Below, in pieces: positions 8,286 to 17,098 of a DNA stretch of 32,000 nt (the first letter of the stretch is position 1; every line of letters starts with the position of its first letter). The notes below the pieces were generated by a model. It had not been told where the DNA came from, did not search any database, and saw nothing but the letters and a program-made list of their open reading frames with translations. Position numbers and translations under genes: made by a program. The DNA lies in the NCBI RefSeq assembly GCF_014251775.1, contig NZ_CP059199.1, positions 450,001 to 482,000 on the forward strand, read 5' to 3'. Origin of the DNA: Candidatus Saccharimonadota bacterium (GTDB lineage: Bacteria; Bacteroidota; Bacteroidia; Flavobacteriales; Blattabacteriaceae).

Positions 8286-9095
8286 ATGAACAACAATATT
8301 TATTCAAGGAATAATTTTCAATTATTTATGAATGTTGAAAATCAAAAAATTCCTACATTAATTTTTATTCATGGATTTATGGGGAATTCAAAAATATGGA
8401 AATATTTATTTAATAATTTATATAAATATTATAAAATTATTATAGTTGATCTCCCTGGTCATGGAAAAAGTAAAATCTCATCAAATGATGTTGATTTAAC
8501 TATAGATAATATAGCAGATGATGTAATTAAATGGATTTTGATTAAAAAATATATAAAAAAAGCAATATTTATCGGTCATTCTATGGGAGGATATGTTGCT
8601 TTATCTATTGCAAAAAAAATTCCAGAAATATTTTCGGGATTATGTTTATTGCACTCCACTGCAGAATCTGATAATTATCAAAAAAAAAAAAATCGAATAA
8701 ACTCAATAAAATTAATAAATAAAAATTTTGAATTTTTTATTTCTGAAAATGTAAAAAAATGGTTTAATCCAAAAAAAATTAATTCATTAAAAAAAGAATT
8801 AGAATTTACAAAAAAAATTGCATTGTCAACACCTATTAATGTTATAACTTCATTGTCAATAGGTATGACAAAACGTAAGAATAGAATTTCTGTATTAAGG
8901 AATACATCATTTCCTAAATTATATATTATAGGAAAATATGATTTAATTTTAGATAAAAATAAAATTTATAAAGAAATAAATCTAGGATATAGAACTAGTT
9001 CAGTAGAAATTTCGACAGGACATATGGCACATTTAGAATCTCCTAAAGAAATAACAAAAATTTTAAAAAAATTTGTATCCATTTGCTCTATTTAA
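8286..9095 (+). CDS. Alpha/beta-fold hydrolase (possibly MenH-like; function unassigned)
   Basis: 269 aa. Motifs: LIFIHGFMGNS (oxyanion region), nucleophile elbow GHSMGG, a late Asp (GKYDLIL), and His (TGHMAHLESP). Assignment to menaquinone MenH is only a guess based on size and motif pattern. Confidence 0.7.
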   Translation: MNNNIYSRNNFQLFMNVENQKIPTLIFIHGFMGNSKIWKYLFNNLYKYYKIIIVDLPGHGKSKISSNDVDLTIDNIADDVIKWILIKKYIKKAIFIGHSMGGYVALSIAKKIPEIFSGLCLLHSTAESDNYQKKKNRINSIKLINKNFEFFISENVKKWFNPKKINSLKKELEFTKKIALSTPINVITSLSIGMTKRKNRISVLRNTSFPKLYIIGKYDLILDKNKIYKEINLGYRTSSVEISTGHMAHLESPKEITKILKKFVSICSI

Positions 9096-9124
9096 ATTTA
9101 AATACTTCATAAAATAAATGTTTA

Positions 9125-9724
9125 ATGATTTTTCAAAAAAAAATTGATATAAGAAAAAAATATTTATTTTATAGAAAATATTTTTTTACTGAAAAAAATA
9201 TAAACTTTTTTAGTAAAAAAATATTTTTTCAATTGAAAAAATTACCTATATGGAATAAAAAATATTACCATATTTTTATTCCTATAAAAAAATATCGAGA
9301 AATAAATACATTTATTATCATTAATTTTTTACTAAAAAAAAAATCTAAATGCGTTGTTACAATTCCATTTTTAAATTTTTATGATAATTCAATAAAAAAT
9401 TGTCTTTTTAATAAAAAAATCACTTTAAAAAAAAATAAATATGGAATATTAGAACCTATATATAAAAAATATATTCCTCCTTCTTGTATAGAAATAATAT
9501 TTATTCCTTTATTGATATTTGATTCTAGAGGATATAGAATAGGATATGGAAAAGGTTTTTATGATAGATTTATTACTAAATGTAGTAATAACATTATAAA
9601 AATAGGATTAAGTATATTTAATCCTCTGAATAATCTAATTTTAGATATACATAAAAATGACTTGATTTTGGATATAGGTGTTACTCCAAATAAAATATTT
9701 TTTTTTAAAAATGAAAAAATTTAA
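9125..9724 (+). CDS. 5-formyltetrahydrofolate cyclo-ligase (MTHFS family)
   Basis: 199 aa. The C-terminal signature RGYRIGYGKGFYDRF, with upstream ...LLIFDS..., is typical of MTHFS/YgfA. Confidence 0.8.
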   Translation: MIFQKKIDIRKKYLFYRKYFFTEKNINFFSKKIFFQLKKLPIWNKKYYHIFIPIKKYREINTFIIINFLLKKKSKCVVTIPFLNFYDNSIKNCLFNKKITLKKNKYGILEPIYKKYIPPSCIEIIFIPLLIFDSRGYRIGYGKGFYDRFITKCSNNIIKIGLSIFNPLNNLILDIHKNDLILDIGVTPNKIFFFKNEKI

Positions 9725-11012
9725 AAATATCCCATATCATAATAATAATCATGATTAAACTAATTATTATAAAACCAAATACATTAAAAATTTCAGAAAT
9801 TTTTTCACTTAATTTTTTTCCTATAATTAATTCTAATATAATAAAAAAAATATATCCTCCGTCCAACGATGGAATAGGAATTAAATTTAGAAAAGCTAAC
9901 CAAATAGATAGATATGCAGTTAAATTTAAAAAAATACTCCAATTCCAATAATTAGGAAATTCCTGAGCAATAGATAAAAAGCTTCCTAAATGTTTATAAG
10001 CTTTTGTTTCTATTTGAAAAATATTTTTTAAAAAAAAAATCTGATCTTTAAATACATCTTCAGATTTTTTTAATCCATTCAATAAACTTTCCATAATAGA
10101 ATAATTATTTACTTTAATATTAAAAATATTATATAATTCTATAAAATTTTTAAAAGATAAACCCAGAATATTTTTTTTTTTAAAAAAAAACTTTTTTTGT
10201 AGAAATTTTCCATTTCTATTTATTCCTATTATAATTTTTTTATTATTTATATTAAAACGTTTTATTTTATATTTTAATTGATCCTGAAACATTATAGGAA
10301 TATAATTAATAGATAATATTTCATCATTAGATTTTAATCCATATTTTTCTGCATATGAATTACTTATTATAAAATTAATAATAGGTGGTGTTCTAGGTAT
10401 TACAATAAAATTTATTTTTTTTTTATCAAAAAAAAATTTCTTCTTATCACTTAATGATAGATTAATTATTTTATTATTACGATTTAAAATTATTTTATTT
10501 CCCAATAAAATATGTTTATTGATTTCATTAAAATATGGAATTTTATTATGATCTATAGATAAAATTTTATCTCCGTTTTTTAATCCAAATTGATCTAATA
10601 AATCATTAATTTCAATTCCATATAGAATATTTTTATTAAGTAATTTTGAATCTCCGTTTTTAAATAAAAAAAATGAAAAAATAAAAATAGATAAAACAAA
10701 ATTGGCAATTATTCCCCCAGAAATAATCAATAATCTTTTTATTAAAGATTTAGAATAAAAATTATGATTATCAATATAATTATTAGTATTTCTAATTCCA
10801 GATATTTTAATATATCCCCCTAATGGAATCCATCCTATTCCATAAAGAGTATCTCCTATTTTTTTTTTAAAAATGGAAAAAAATGGATTAAAAAATAAAA
10901 AAAATTTTTCTACTCTAACTCCAAATAATTTGGAAAAAACAAAATGACCTAATTCGTGAACTAAAATTAGTAATGATATACTAATTATTAATTGTAAAGG
11001 ACGCAAGAACAT
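9705..11012 (-). CDS. rseP: RIP (site-2) zinc metalloprotease RseP
   Basis: 435 aa. HELGHF (HExxH) sits in the first TM region. There is a central PDZ-like region (GLKNGDKILSID..., GLKSNDEILSIN). The C-terminal NLIPIPSLDGG motif is present and the protein is polytopic and hydrophobic. Confidence 0.88.
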   Translation of the reverse strand: MFLRPLQLIISISLLILVHELGHFVFSKLFGVRVEKFFLFFNPFFSIFKKKIGDTLYGIGWIPLGGYIKISGIRNTNNYIDNHNFYSKSLIKRLLIISGGIIANFVLSIFIFSFFLFKNGDSKLLNKNILYGIEINDLLDQFGLKNGDKILSIDHNKIPYFNEINKHILLGNKIILNRNNKIINLSLSDKKKFFFDKKKINFIVIPRTPPIINFIISNSYAEKYGLKSNDEILSINYIPIMFQDQLKYKIKRFNINNKKIIIGINRNGKFLQKKFFFKKKNILGLSFKNFIELYNIFNIKVNNYSIMESLLNGLKKSEDVFKDQIFFLKNIFQIETKAYKHLGSFLSIAQEFPNYWNWSIFLNLTAYLSIWLAFLNLIPIPSLDGGYIFFIILELIIGKKLSEKISEIFNVFGFIIISLIMIIIMIWDIFKFFHF

Positions 11013-11124
11013 AAACTATCATATAAGAAAAATTTTCGTAAATATACAATTTATGTATTTATTTTTAAATACTTTTTATTCTAATTAATTATTTGTTTAT
11101 TTTAATATTAAATAAAAATAAATT

Positions 11125-11349
11125 TTGAATTTATCTGAATTAAAAAAAGGAGAAAAAGGAATTATAACAGGTTATAAAAATTATAATTTTCCAATAAAGT
11201 TATTAGAATTAGGGGTTTTACCGGGGATAAAATTTGAAATACTTTTTATTTCTATATTTAATGATCCGTTATGTATAAAATATGATCAATTTTGTTTAGC
11301 ATTAAGAAAAAAAGAAGCAGAAAATATTTTAGTTGAACGTATTAAGTAA
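11125..11349 (+). CDS. feoA: Ferrous iron transport protein A
   Basis: 74 aa small SH3-like protein (LSELKKGEKGIITGY...LLELGVLPGIKFEI...) immediately upstream of feoB. The only available start is TTG; there is no in-frame ATG near the N-terminus. Confidence 0.8.
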   Translation: MNLSELKKGEKGIITGYKNYNFPIKLLELGVLPGIKFEILFISIFNDPLCIKYDQFCLALRKKEAENILVERIK

Positions 11350-11350
11350 A

Positions 11351-13444
11351 ATGAATAAAAAAATCATTAAACTAGCAATTATAGGAAATCCTAATGTCGG
11401 AAAATCATCATTATTTAATAATTTAACTGGACTAAATCAAAGAATAGGAAATTATACAGGGGTAACTGTAGATAAAAAAATAGGATTTTTTCAATATAAA
11501 AATAATCATTATCAAATAATTGATTTACCCGGCACTTATAGTATTTATCCTTCATCTGAAGATGAAGAAATTATTAATGCATTATTATTAGATGAAAAAA
11601 ATGTAGATTATCCAGATAAAATTATAGTTGTTGCAGATTCATCAAATATAAAAAAAAGTCTTCTTTTACTTGGACAAATACAAGATTTAGGATTTTCCGT
11701 TTTATTAGCATTAAATATGTTAGATGAAGCTAAAAAAAAAGGAATATTTATTAATAAAAAAAAATTAAAAAAATTTATTTTATCAGATATTGTATTGATA
11801 AATGCTAGAATAGGAACTGGATTAAATGAATTAAAAAATTATTTAAATGATAACAAATATTTTTATTTAGAAAAAAGAAAAAAATATTTTTTTAATCCAA
11901 TTTCAGATTATAAAAAAGCTATTAATTTAGTTAAATATTTATATAAAGTTGATTCATATCGAGCATGGTATTTATTAGCATCTAGTAATAAGCAATTGAA
12001 AAAAATAAATAATTTTTATTTGTTAGATAAAATTAAAAAAAAATATAAAATTATTTCCAAAAGATTGCAAGTAAAAGAAACTTTAACTAGATATAAAGAA
12101 ATAGAAAATATTTGCTCTAAAATAATTCAAAAAATTTATTCTAAGAAAATAGAAAAATATTTAAATTTTTCTAAAAAAATAGATGAATGCTTAATCATAC
12201 ATCCTGTATGGGGATATATATTTTTTTTATTTATATTATTTTTTATTTTTCAATGTGTATTTTTTTGGGCGGAATTTCCTAAAAATTATATAGAATATTT
12301 TTTTTCTATTATTCAAGAAAAATTGGAATATTTTCATCCAGGTCCATTAAATAATTTTATACTACATGGAATAATTCCAGGAATTACTACAGTAATTACA
12401 TTTATTCCTCAAATATTGATTTTGTTATTTTTTCTATATCTTATGGAAGAAAGTGGTTATCTTAGCAGAGTTATTTTTTTAATGGATAGAATCATGCGCC
12501 CTTTTGGTTTAAATGGAAAAAGTATAGTGCCTTTAATTTCTAGTATGGCATGTGCTATTCCAGCGATAATTTCTTCTAGAAATATAGAAAATACCAGAGA
12601 TCGTTTAATAACAATATTAGTAACTCCTTTTATTACTTGTTCAGCTAGAATTCCAGTATATATACTAATAATTTCTCTAATTATACCCGACAAAAAATGG
12701 TTATTTATTCAATTAAGAGGAGTCATGCTGATGATTATGTATTTAATAGGTATTATATTTGCTTTATTTGTAGCTTTTGTTCTTCATAAGAATATGAAAA
12801 ATAATTATAATAGTAATCTTATCATAGAAATCCCTACTTATAAAATTCCTGTATTAAAAAATATTTTTGTAAATCTTTATATTCATATTAAAACATTTAT
12901 TATTAATACTGGAAAATTAATTTTGTTAATTAACATATTAATATGGGGACTTGGATCCTATGGACCTTCTACAATTACAATAAAAAATCATAAAAATAAT
13001 ATTTTTCATATACAAAAAAAAAAAATTGACAATTCCTATCTTGGAAAGATAGGAAAAAAAATAGAGCCTATTATTCGTCCATTAGGATATGATTGGAAAA
13101 TAGGAGTTGGATTATTATCCTCTATAGTAGCTAGAGAAGCTTTTGTTAGCACTATGAATTCAATATATGAAATTGATAAGAAAGAAAATGGTAATTTAAT
13201 AGAAAAAATGAAAAAAGAAGTATATTTAGATAATAAAAAACCTATTTATAATTTAGCAACAGGAATATCTTTATTATTTTTTTATTCATTTTCTATGCAA
13301 TGTACTAGTACATTATCTATAGTAAAAAGAGAAACAAAATCATGGAAATGGCCAATTATTCAATTTATTTTTATGACATTACTAGCGTATTTATTTTCTT
13401 TTCTAACATATCAAATGTTAACAATATTTGGGAATATGTCATAA
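11351..13444 (+). CDS. feoB: Ferrous iron transporter FeoB
   Basis: N-terminal G domain with GNPNVGKS (G1), GVTV (G2), DLPG (G3) and NMLD (G4), followed by a large polytopic membrane domain. The track starts at a TTG at 11333. I prefer the ATG at 11351 (MNKKIIKLAIIGNPNVGKS), 1 nt after the feoA stop. Confidence 0.92.
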   Translation: MNKKIIKLAIIGNPNVGKSSLFNNLTGLNQRIGNYTGVTVDKKIGFFQYKNNHYQIIDLPGTYSIYPSSEDEEIINALLLDEKNVDYPDKIIVVADSSNIKKSLLLLGQIQDLGFSVLLALNMLDEAKKKGIFINKKKLKKFILSDIVLINARIGTGLNELKNYLNDNKYFYLEKRKKYFFNPISDYKKAINLVKYLYKVDSYRAWYLLASSNKQLKKINNFYLLDKIKKKYKIISKRLQVKETLTRYKEIENICSKIIQKIYSKKIEKYLNFSKKIDECLIIHPVWGYIFFLFILFFIFQCVFFWAEFPKNYIEYFFSIIQEKLEYFHPGPLNNFILHGIIPGITTVITFIPQILILLFFLYLMEESGYLSRVIFLMDRIMRPFGLNGKSIVPLISSMACAIPAIISSRNIENTRDRLITILVTPFITCSARIPVYILIISLIIPDKKWLFIQLRGVMLMIMYLIGIIFALFVAFVLHKNMKNNYNSNLIIEIPTYKIPVLKNIFVNLYIHIKTFIINTGKLILLINILIWGLGSYGPSTITIKNHKNNIFHIQKKKIDNSYLGKIGKKIEPIIRPLGYDWKIGVGLLSSIVAREAFVSTMNSIYEIDKKENGNLIEKMKKEVYLDNKKPIYNLATGISLLFFYSFSMQCTSTLSIVKRETKSWKWPIIQFIFMTLLAYLFSFLTYQMLTIFGNMS

Positions 13445-13471
13445 TATTCATATTTTTTACTTCTTCTTTAC

Positions 13472-13489
13472 TTTTTTTTATAAAAAAAA
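13472..13489. repeat. A/T-only perfect palindrome T8-AT-A8 in the convergent feoB/ddl spacer
   Basis: ttttttttataaaaaaaa equals its own reverse complement. It has the same design as the element at 3497-3512. Its position between two convergent 3' ends would suit a bidirectional terminator-like element, but the stem would be all A-U. Confidence 0.4.
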
Positions 13490-13591
13490 TCATATTTTAT
13501 TTTTTTAATGAAAATAATAAAAATAATTTATGTAAAAAAAATTGTTTTTTTAGAAAAAAATAGATTATTTATTAATTTAATATGCTTTAAT

Positions 13592-14563
13592 TTAATTAAA
13601 AGATGAACTAATCATTTTATGGAAAAAATCTGATAAAGATATTCCAGCTACCTTTAATTGTTTAGGAAAAATACTTTCTTTAGAAAATCCAGGAATTGTA
13701 TTAATTTCTAAAAAAAAAGGTTCTTCATCTACAATAATGAATTCTGATCTAGCCATTCCAGTTAAATTCAATATTCTAAATATTTTTTCAGCTATATTTA
13801 ATAATTTATTTTCAATTTTATTAGATAATCTTGCAGGAGTTATTTCTTTTGATTTACCAGAATATTTTGATTCAAAATCAAAAAAATCATTTTGACTAAT
13901 AATTTCTGTTATTGGTAAAATTGTTATTTTATCATGAAATGAATATACTCCAACTGATACTTCTATTCCATTTAAAAATTCTTCAATAATAACTTCGTCA
14001 TCTTTTTTAAATGCTGTTTTCAATGCTGAATCAAATTCTTTTTTATTATTGACCTTACTAATGCCTAAACTAGAACCAGATTTAGTAGGTTTTACAAAAC
14101 AAGGAGTTCCAATTTTTTTTAAAATCTTTTCTTTAGAAAATATTTGATTTTTATTTATAAAAATAGAATTAGCTATTTTAATTCCAAAATTTTTTACAAA
14201 CGATAGACAATATTTTTTATTAAAAGTAATATTAGATTGATAAAAATTACATCCAGTATATGGAATTTTTAATAATTCAAAATACGCAGATAAAATCCCA
14301 TCCTCACCAGGAGTACCATGAATAATATTAAATATACAATCAAAGTTCAATCGTTTATGATTTCTAATAATAGAAAAATCTTCTTTATTAATTGGATATT
14401 CTATATTATTATCAATATTAATAACCCATTTATTATCTAATATATATGCTTTATATGGTTCATATTTCTTTCTGCATAAATTATCAAAAACTATTTGTCC
14501 ACTTTCTAGTGAAAGAAAAGATTCTTTTGAAAATCCTCCCATAACAACTGCAATTTTTTTCAT
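13592..14563 (-). CDS. ddl: D-alanine--D-alanine ligase
   Basis: 323 aa. Motifs: MKKIAVVMGGFSKESFLSLESG, HGTPGEDG, ATP-grasp FVKPTKSGSSLGISKV, and EINTIPGFSKESIFPKQ. Confidence 0.92.
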   Translation of the reverse strand: MKKIAVVMGGFSKESFLSLESGQIVFDNLCRKKYEPYKAYILDNKWVINIDNNIEYPINKEDFSIIRNHKRLNFDCIFNIIHGTPGEDGILSAYFELLKIPYTGCNFYQSNITFNKKYCLSFVKNFGIKIANSIFINKNQIFSKEKILKKIGTPCFVKPTKSGSSLGISKVNNKKEFDSALKTAFKKDDEVIIEEFLNGIEVSVGVYSFHDKITILPITEIISQNDFFDFESKYSGKSKEITPARLSNKIENKLLNIAEKIFRILNLTGMARSEFIIVDEEPFFLEINTIPGFSKESIFPKQLKVAGISLSDFFHKMISSSFN

Positions 14564-14718
14564 GATTAAATTTTTTTTAAAAAATTATTTATGATTACAT
14601 TAATTAATTTATATGCATAACGATAATTAGTATTTTAATTTAATTATTCAATATTAATTTTCAAATCAAATTAAAAATAAAATCTTAATAAATTATAAAA
14701 AAATCATTGAATAAAACG

Positions 14719-15699
14719 ATGAATGATATTTTTTTAAAGAAAAAAGATAAAAAAATAATAAGAATAGATAAGTTCATTCAAAAAAAACTTACTAAGTTTA
14801 GTAGAAATCAAATACAAAAATATATTAAATTAGGAAAAATTACAGTTAATAATTCTGTTAAAAAAAATAATTATAAATTAAAAAAATTTGATTCTATAAT
14901 TATAAAAGATATTCAAAATATAAAAAAAGAAGAAGATTTAAAAAAAATTACTGCGGAAAAAATCAATTTTAATATTATATATGAAGATAATGATATTTTA
15001 ATTATAAATAAACCATCTGGAATGGTAGTCCATCCTGGATATGGAAATAAAAATGGAACATTAATTCATGGAATTAAATATTATTTAATTTCCAATTTTC
15101 ATAATCTATATAGAGGGGGATTAATACATAGATTAGATAAAAATACATCTGGATTAATAATTATCGCAAAAAATAATTTTTCTCAAAATTTTCTAATTGA
15201 ACAATTTTCATCTAGAAATATTAACAAAGAATATCTTGCCTTAGTATGGGGAAATCTATTGAATGATAGAGGAACAATTTCGGGTTTTATTAAAAGAGAT
15301 CCTAACAATAGAATAAGAATGATCAATCATGATAAAAATTTTGGAAAATATTCAATAACAACTTATAAAGTTTTAAAAAGATTTAAATATTTGACTTATA
15401 TATCATGTAAACCCCATACTGGAAGAACTCATCAAATTCGAGTTCATTTTAAATATTTAGGTCATCCATTATTTTCTGATCCATTATATAATGGAAAAAA
15501 AATTTTTTTTATTAAAAAAATATCTAATAAGGATAAACTATTATTAAAATATTGCATGCAAATCTTACAAAGACAAGCATTACACGCAAGATATATATCT
15601 TTTATTCATCCAAGAAATCACGAAAAATATTCATTCTTATGTCCTATTCCAAAAGATTTTAATAAGGTAATTCAAATATGTAAAAAAAACTTTTTATAA
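14719..15699 (+). CDS. rluD: 23S rRNA pseudouridine synthase, RluA/RluD family
   Basis: The N-terminal S4 domain reads RIDKFIQKKLTKFSRNQIQKYIKLGKITVNN. Catalytic motif HRLDKNTSG, plus TGRTHQIRVH. The track start at 14707 is TTG; the in-frame ATG at 14719 is preferred. Confidence 0.87.
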   Translation: MNDIFLKKKDKKIIRIDKFIQKKLTKFSRNQIQKYIKLGKITVNNSVKKNNYKLKKFDSIIIKDIQNIKKEEDLKKITAEKINFNIIYEDNDILIINKPSGMVVHPGYGNKNGTLIHGIKYYLISNFHNLYRGGLIHRLDKNTSGLIIIAKNNFSQNFLIEQFSSRNINKEYLALVWGNLLNDRGTISGFIKRDPNNRIRMINHDKNFGKYSITTYKVLKRFKYLTYISCKPHTGRTHQIRVHFKYLGHPLFSDPLYNGKKIFFIKKISNKDKLLLKYCMQILQRQALHARYISFIHPRNHEKYSFLCPIPKDFNKVIQICKKNFL

Positions 15700-17025
15700 T
15701 AAAACTCCTTGTAAAAAAAAATAAGATATAGAAAAATATATTATTAATCCAACTACATCAACTAAAGTTGCTACAAAAGGTGCTGAAGAAGTTGCAGGAT
15801 TCCCTCCAAATTTTTTAATAATAAATGGTAACATAGATCCGCTAAATGTTCCCCATGTAACTATACCAATTAGTGATAATAATATAGAAAATCCTATCAA
15901 TAACCAATTTTCTCCATAATTAAACAAATTAATATTATGCCATACAATGATTCGAAAAAAACCTGTTAATCCTAAAATTGTCCCCAAAAAAAAACCGCAA
16001 ATAATTTCTCTTCGTATTACTATCCACCAATCTTTAGTTTTTATTTCTCCTAAAGCCATTGCTTGAATAATTAAGCTAGAAGCTTGAGCACCACTATTTC
16101 CACCACTTGATACAACTAGTGGAATAAATATTGCGAGTACTACTGCTTTTTTTATAATATTAGAAAAATTTTGTATTACAGTAGTAGTAAACATTTCTCC
16201 TATAAAAAGTAATATTAACCATCCAGCTCTCTTTTTTATTAATTTATACAAAGGGATCTGAATATATGATTGATTAAATATTTTTTTTTCTCCTATTTTT
16301 TGAAAATATTTTTTATAATTTTCGTTACTTAAACCACGTAATATATCGTCAACAATAACAATTCCTAATAAATAATTTTGATCATCTATTATCGGTAATG
16401 ATATTCTATTATTTAAAGAAAATATTTTTGTTGCTTCTTTTTTTGTATCAGTTAGTTTTAAGGATTCATTATGTTTTTTATTCATTAAGTCATAAACAAT
16501 TGTATCAGGATCAACTAATAAAAATTCTTCTATTTTTATATCATATAATAATTTTCCTTTATTATCTATTATATAAATAATTTCTATTATATCGCTGTTT
16601 TTTATTTCTTTTCTTATATAATCTAATGATTCTTTAACTTTCCAAGTCATTTTAATTCCTAAATCATAAGGAATCATAAAATTACCTATACTATTTTCTG
16701 GATATCCCAATGATATTAATGTTCTTTTTTTTTCTTCATAATTCAAATATTTTATCAAAGATTTTAAAAAATCTTTAGAAATATTTTCTAAAAAATCAAT
16801 TCTATCATCTATTGATAAATTATTTAAGAATTTTCTTTTTTTATTTGTAGTTAATTCTTTAATTATTTCTTGTTTCATAGAAAAATCTAAGACTTTAAAA
16901 AGTGAATTAGCTTTATTAAAATCCAATAAACTAAATATTTTAGTTTTTTCATTTGGAAAATCTTTGATTAATTGCATTAATTCGTTAATACTTTTCTTAT
17001 TTAAGAAATTATTTTCATTAAACAT
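15694..17025 (-). CDS. mgtE: Magnesium transporter MgtE
   Basis: 443 aa. The architecture is an N-terminal MgtE_N region, tandem CBS-like segments (LPIIDDQNYLLGIVIVDDIL), and a C-terminal 5-TM domain with GGNSGAQASSL and ATLVDVVGL. The 3' end overlaps rluD by 6 nt (convergent). Confidence 0.92.
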   Translation of the reverse strand: MFNENNFLNKKSINELMQLIKDFPNEKTKIFSLLDFNKANSLFKVLDFSMKQEIIKELTTNKKRKFLNNLSIDDRIDFLENISKDFLKSLIKYLNYEEKKRTLISLGYPENSIGNFMIPYDLGIKMTWKVKESLDYIRKEIKNSDIIEIIYIIDNKGKLLYDIKIEEFLLVDPDTIVYDLMNKKHNESLKLTDTKKEATKIFSLNNRISLPIIDDQNYLLGIVIVDDILRGLSNENYKKYFQKIGEKKIFNQSYIQIPLYKLIKKRAGWLILLFIGEMFTTTVIQNFSNIIKKAVVLAIFIPLVVSSGGNSGAQASSLIIQAMALGEIKTKDWWIVIRREIICGFFLGTILGLTGFFRIIVWHNINLFNYGENWLLIGFSILLSLIGIVTWGTFSGSMLPFIIKKFGGNPATSSAPFVATLVDVVGLIIYFSISYFFLQGVLL

Positions 17026-17098
17026 TTTTATATTTTTTTTATTATTTTAATTAAATGAATGACATACAACAATAAAATTAATTACTTATTAAAAAATT

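Noticed and set aside
9025-9030. Exact TGGCAC (sigma-54 -24 element) about 95 nt upstream of the MTHFS gene
   Set aside because: The required -12 element is missing: the downstream sequence is ATTTAGAATC, with no TTGC or GC at the correct spacing. The site also lies inside the hydrolase CDS, where it encodes MAH.
9751-9951. 66-aa plus-strand ORF inside rseP
   Set aside because: It is antisense to the conserved C-terminal membrane region of RseP and has no independent support.
11013-11124. Possible Fur box in the rseP/feoA divergent spacer
   Set aside because: I looked for GATAATGATAATCATTATC-like dyads. Only loose AT-rich near-palindromes (for example aaatatacaatttatgtattt) are present, which cannot be told apart from background.
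12457-12693. 78-aa minus-strand ORF inside feoB
   Set aside because: It is antisense to the conserved FeoB membrane domain. Spurious.
13342-13563. 73-aa plus-strand ORF overlapping the feoB 3' end and running into the feoB/ddl spacer
   Set aside because: It is out of frame with feoB, and FeoB already ends normally after its last TM segment. The translation is F/I/N/K low-complexity sequence produced by T- and A-runs. There is no evidence of a feoB frameshift or of a feoC-like gene.
16398-16580. 60-aa plus-strand ORF inside mgtE
   Set aside because: It is antisense to the mgtE CBS region, with a low-complexity L/Y/I translation.
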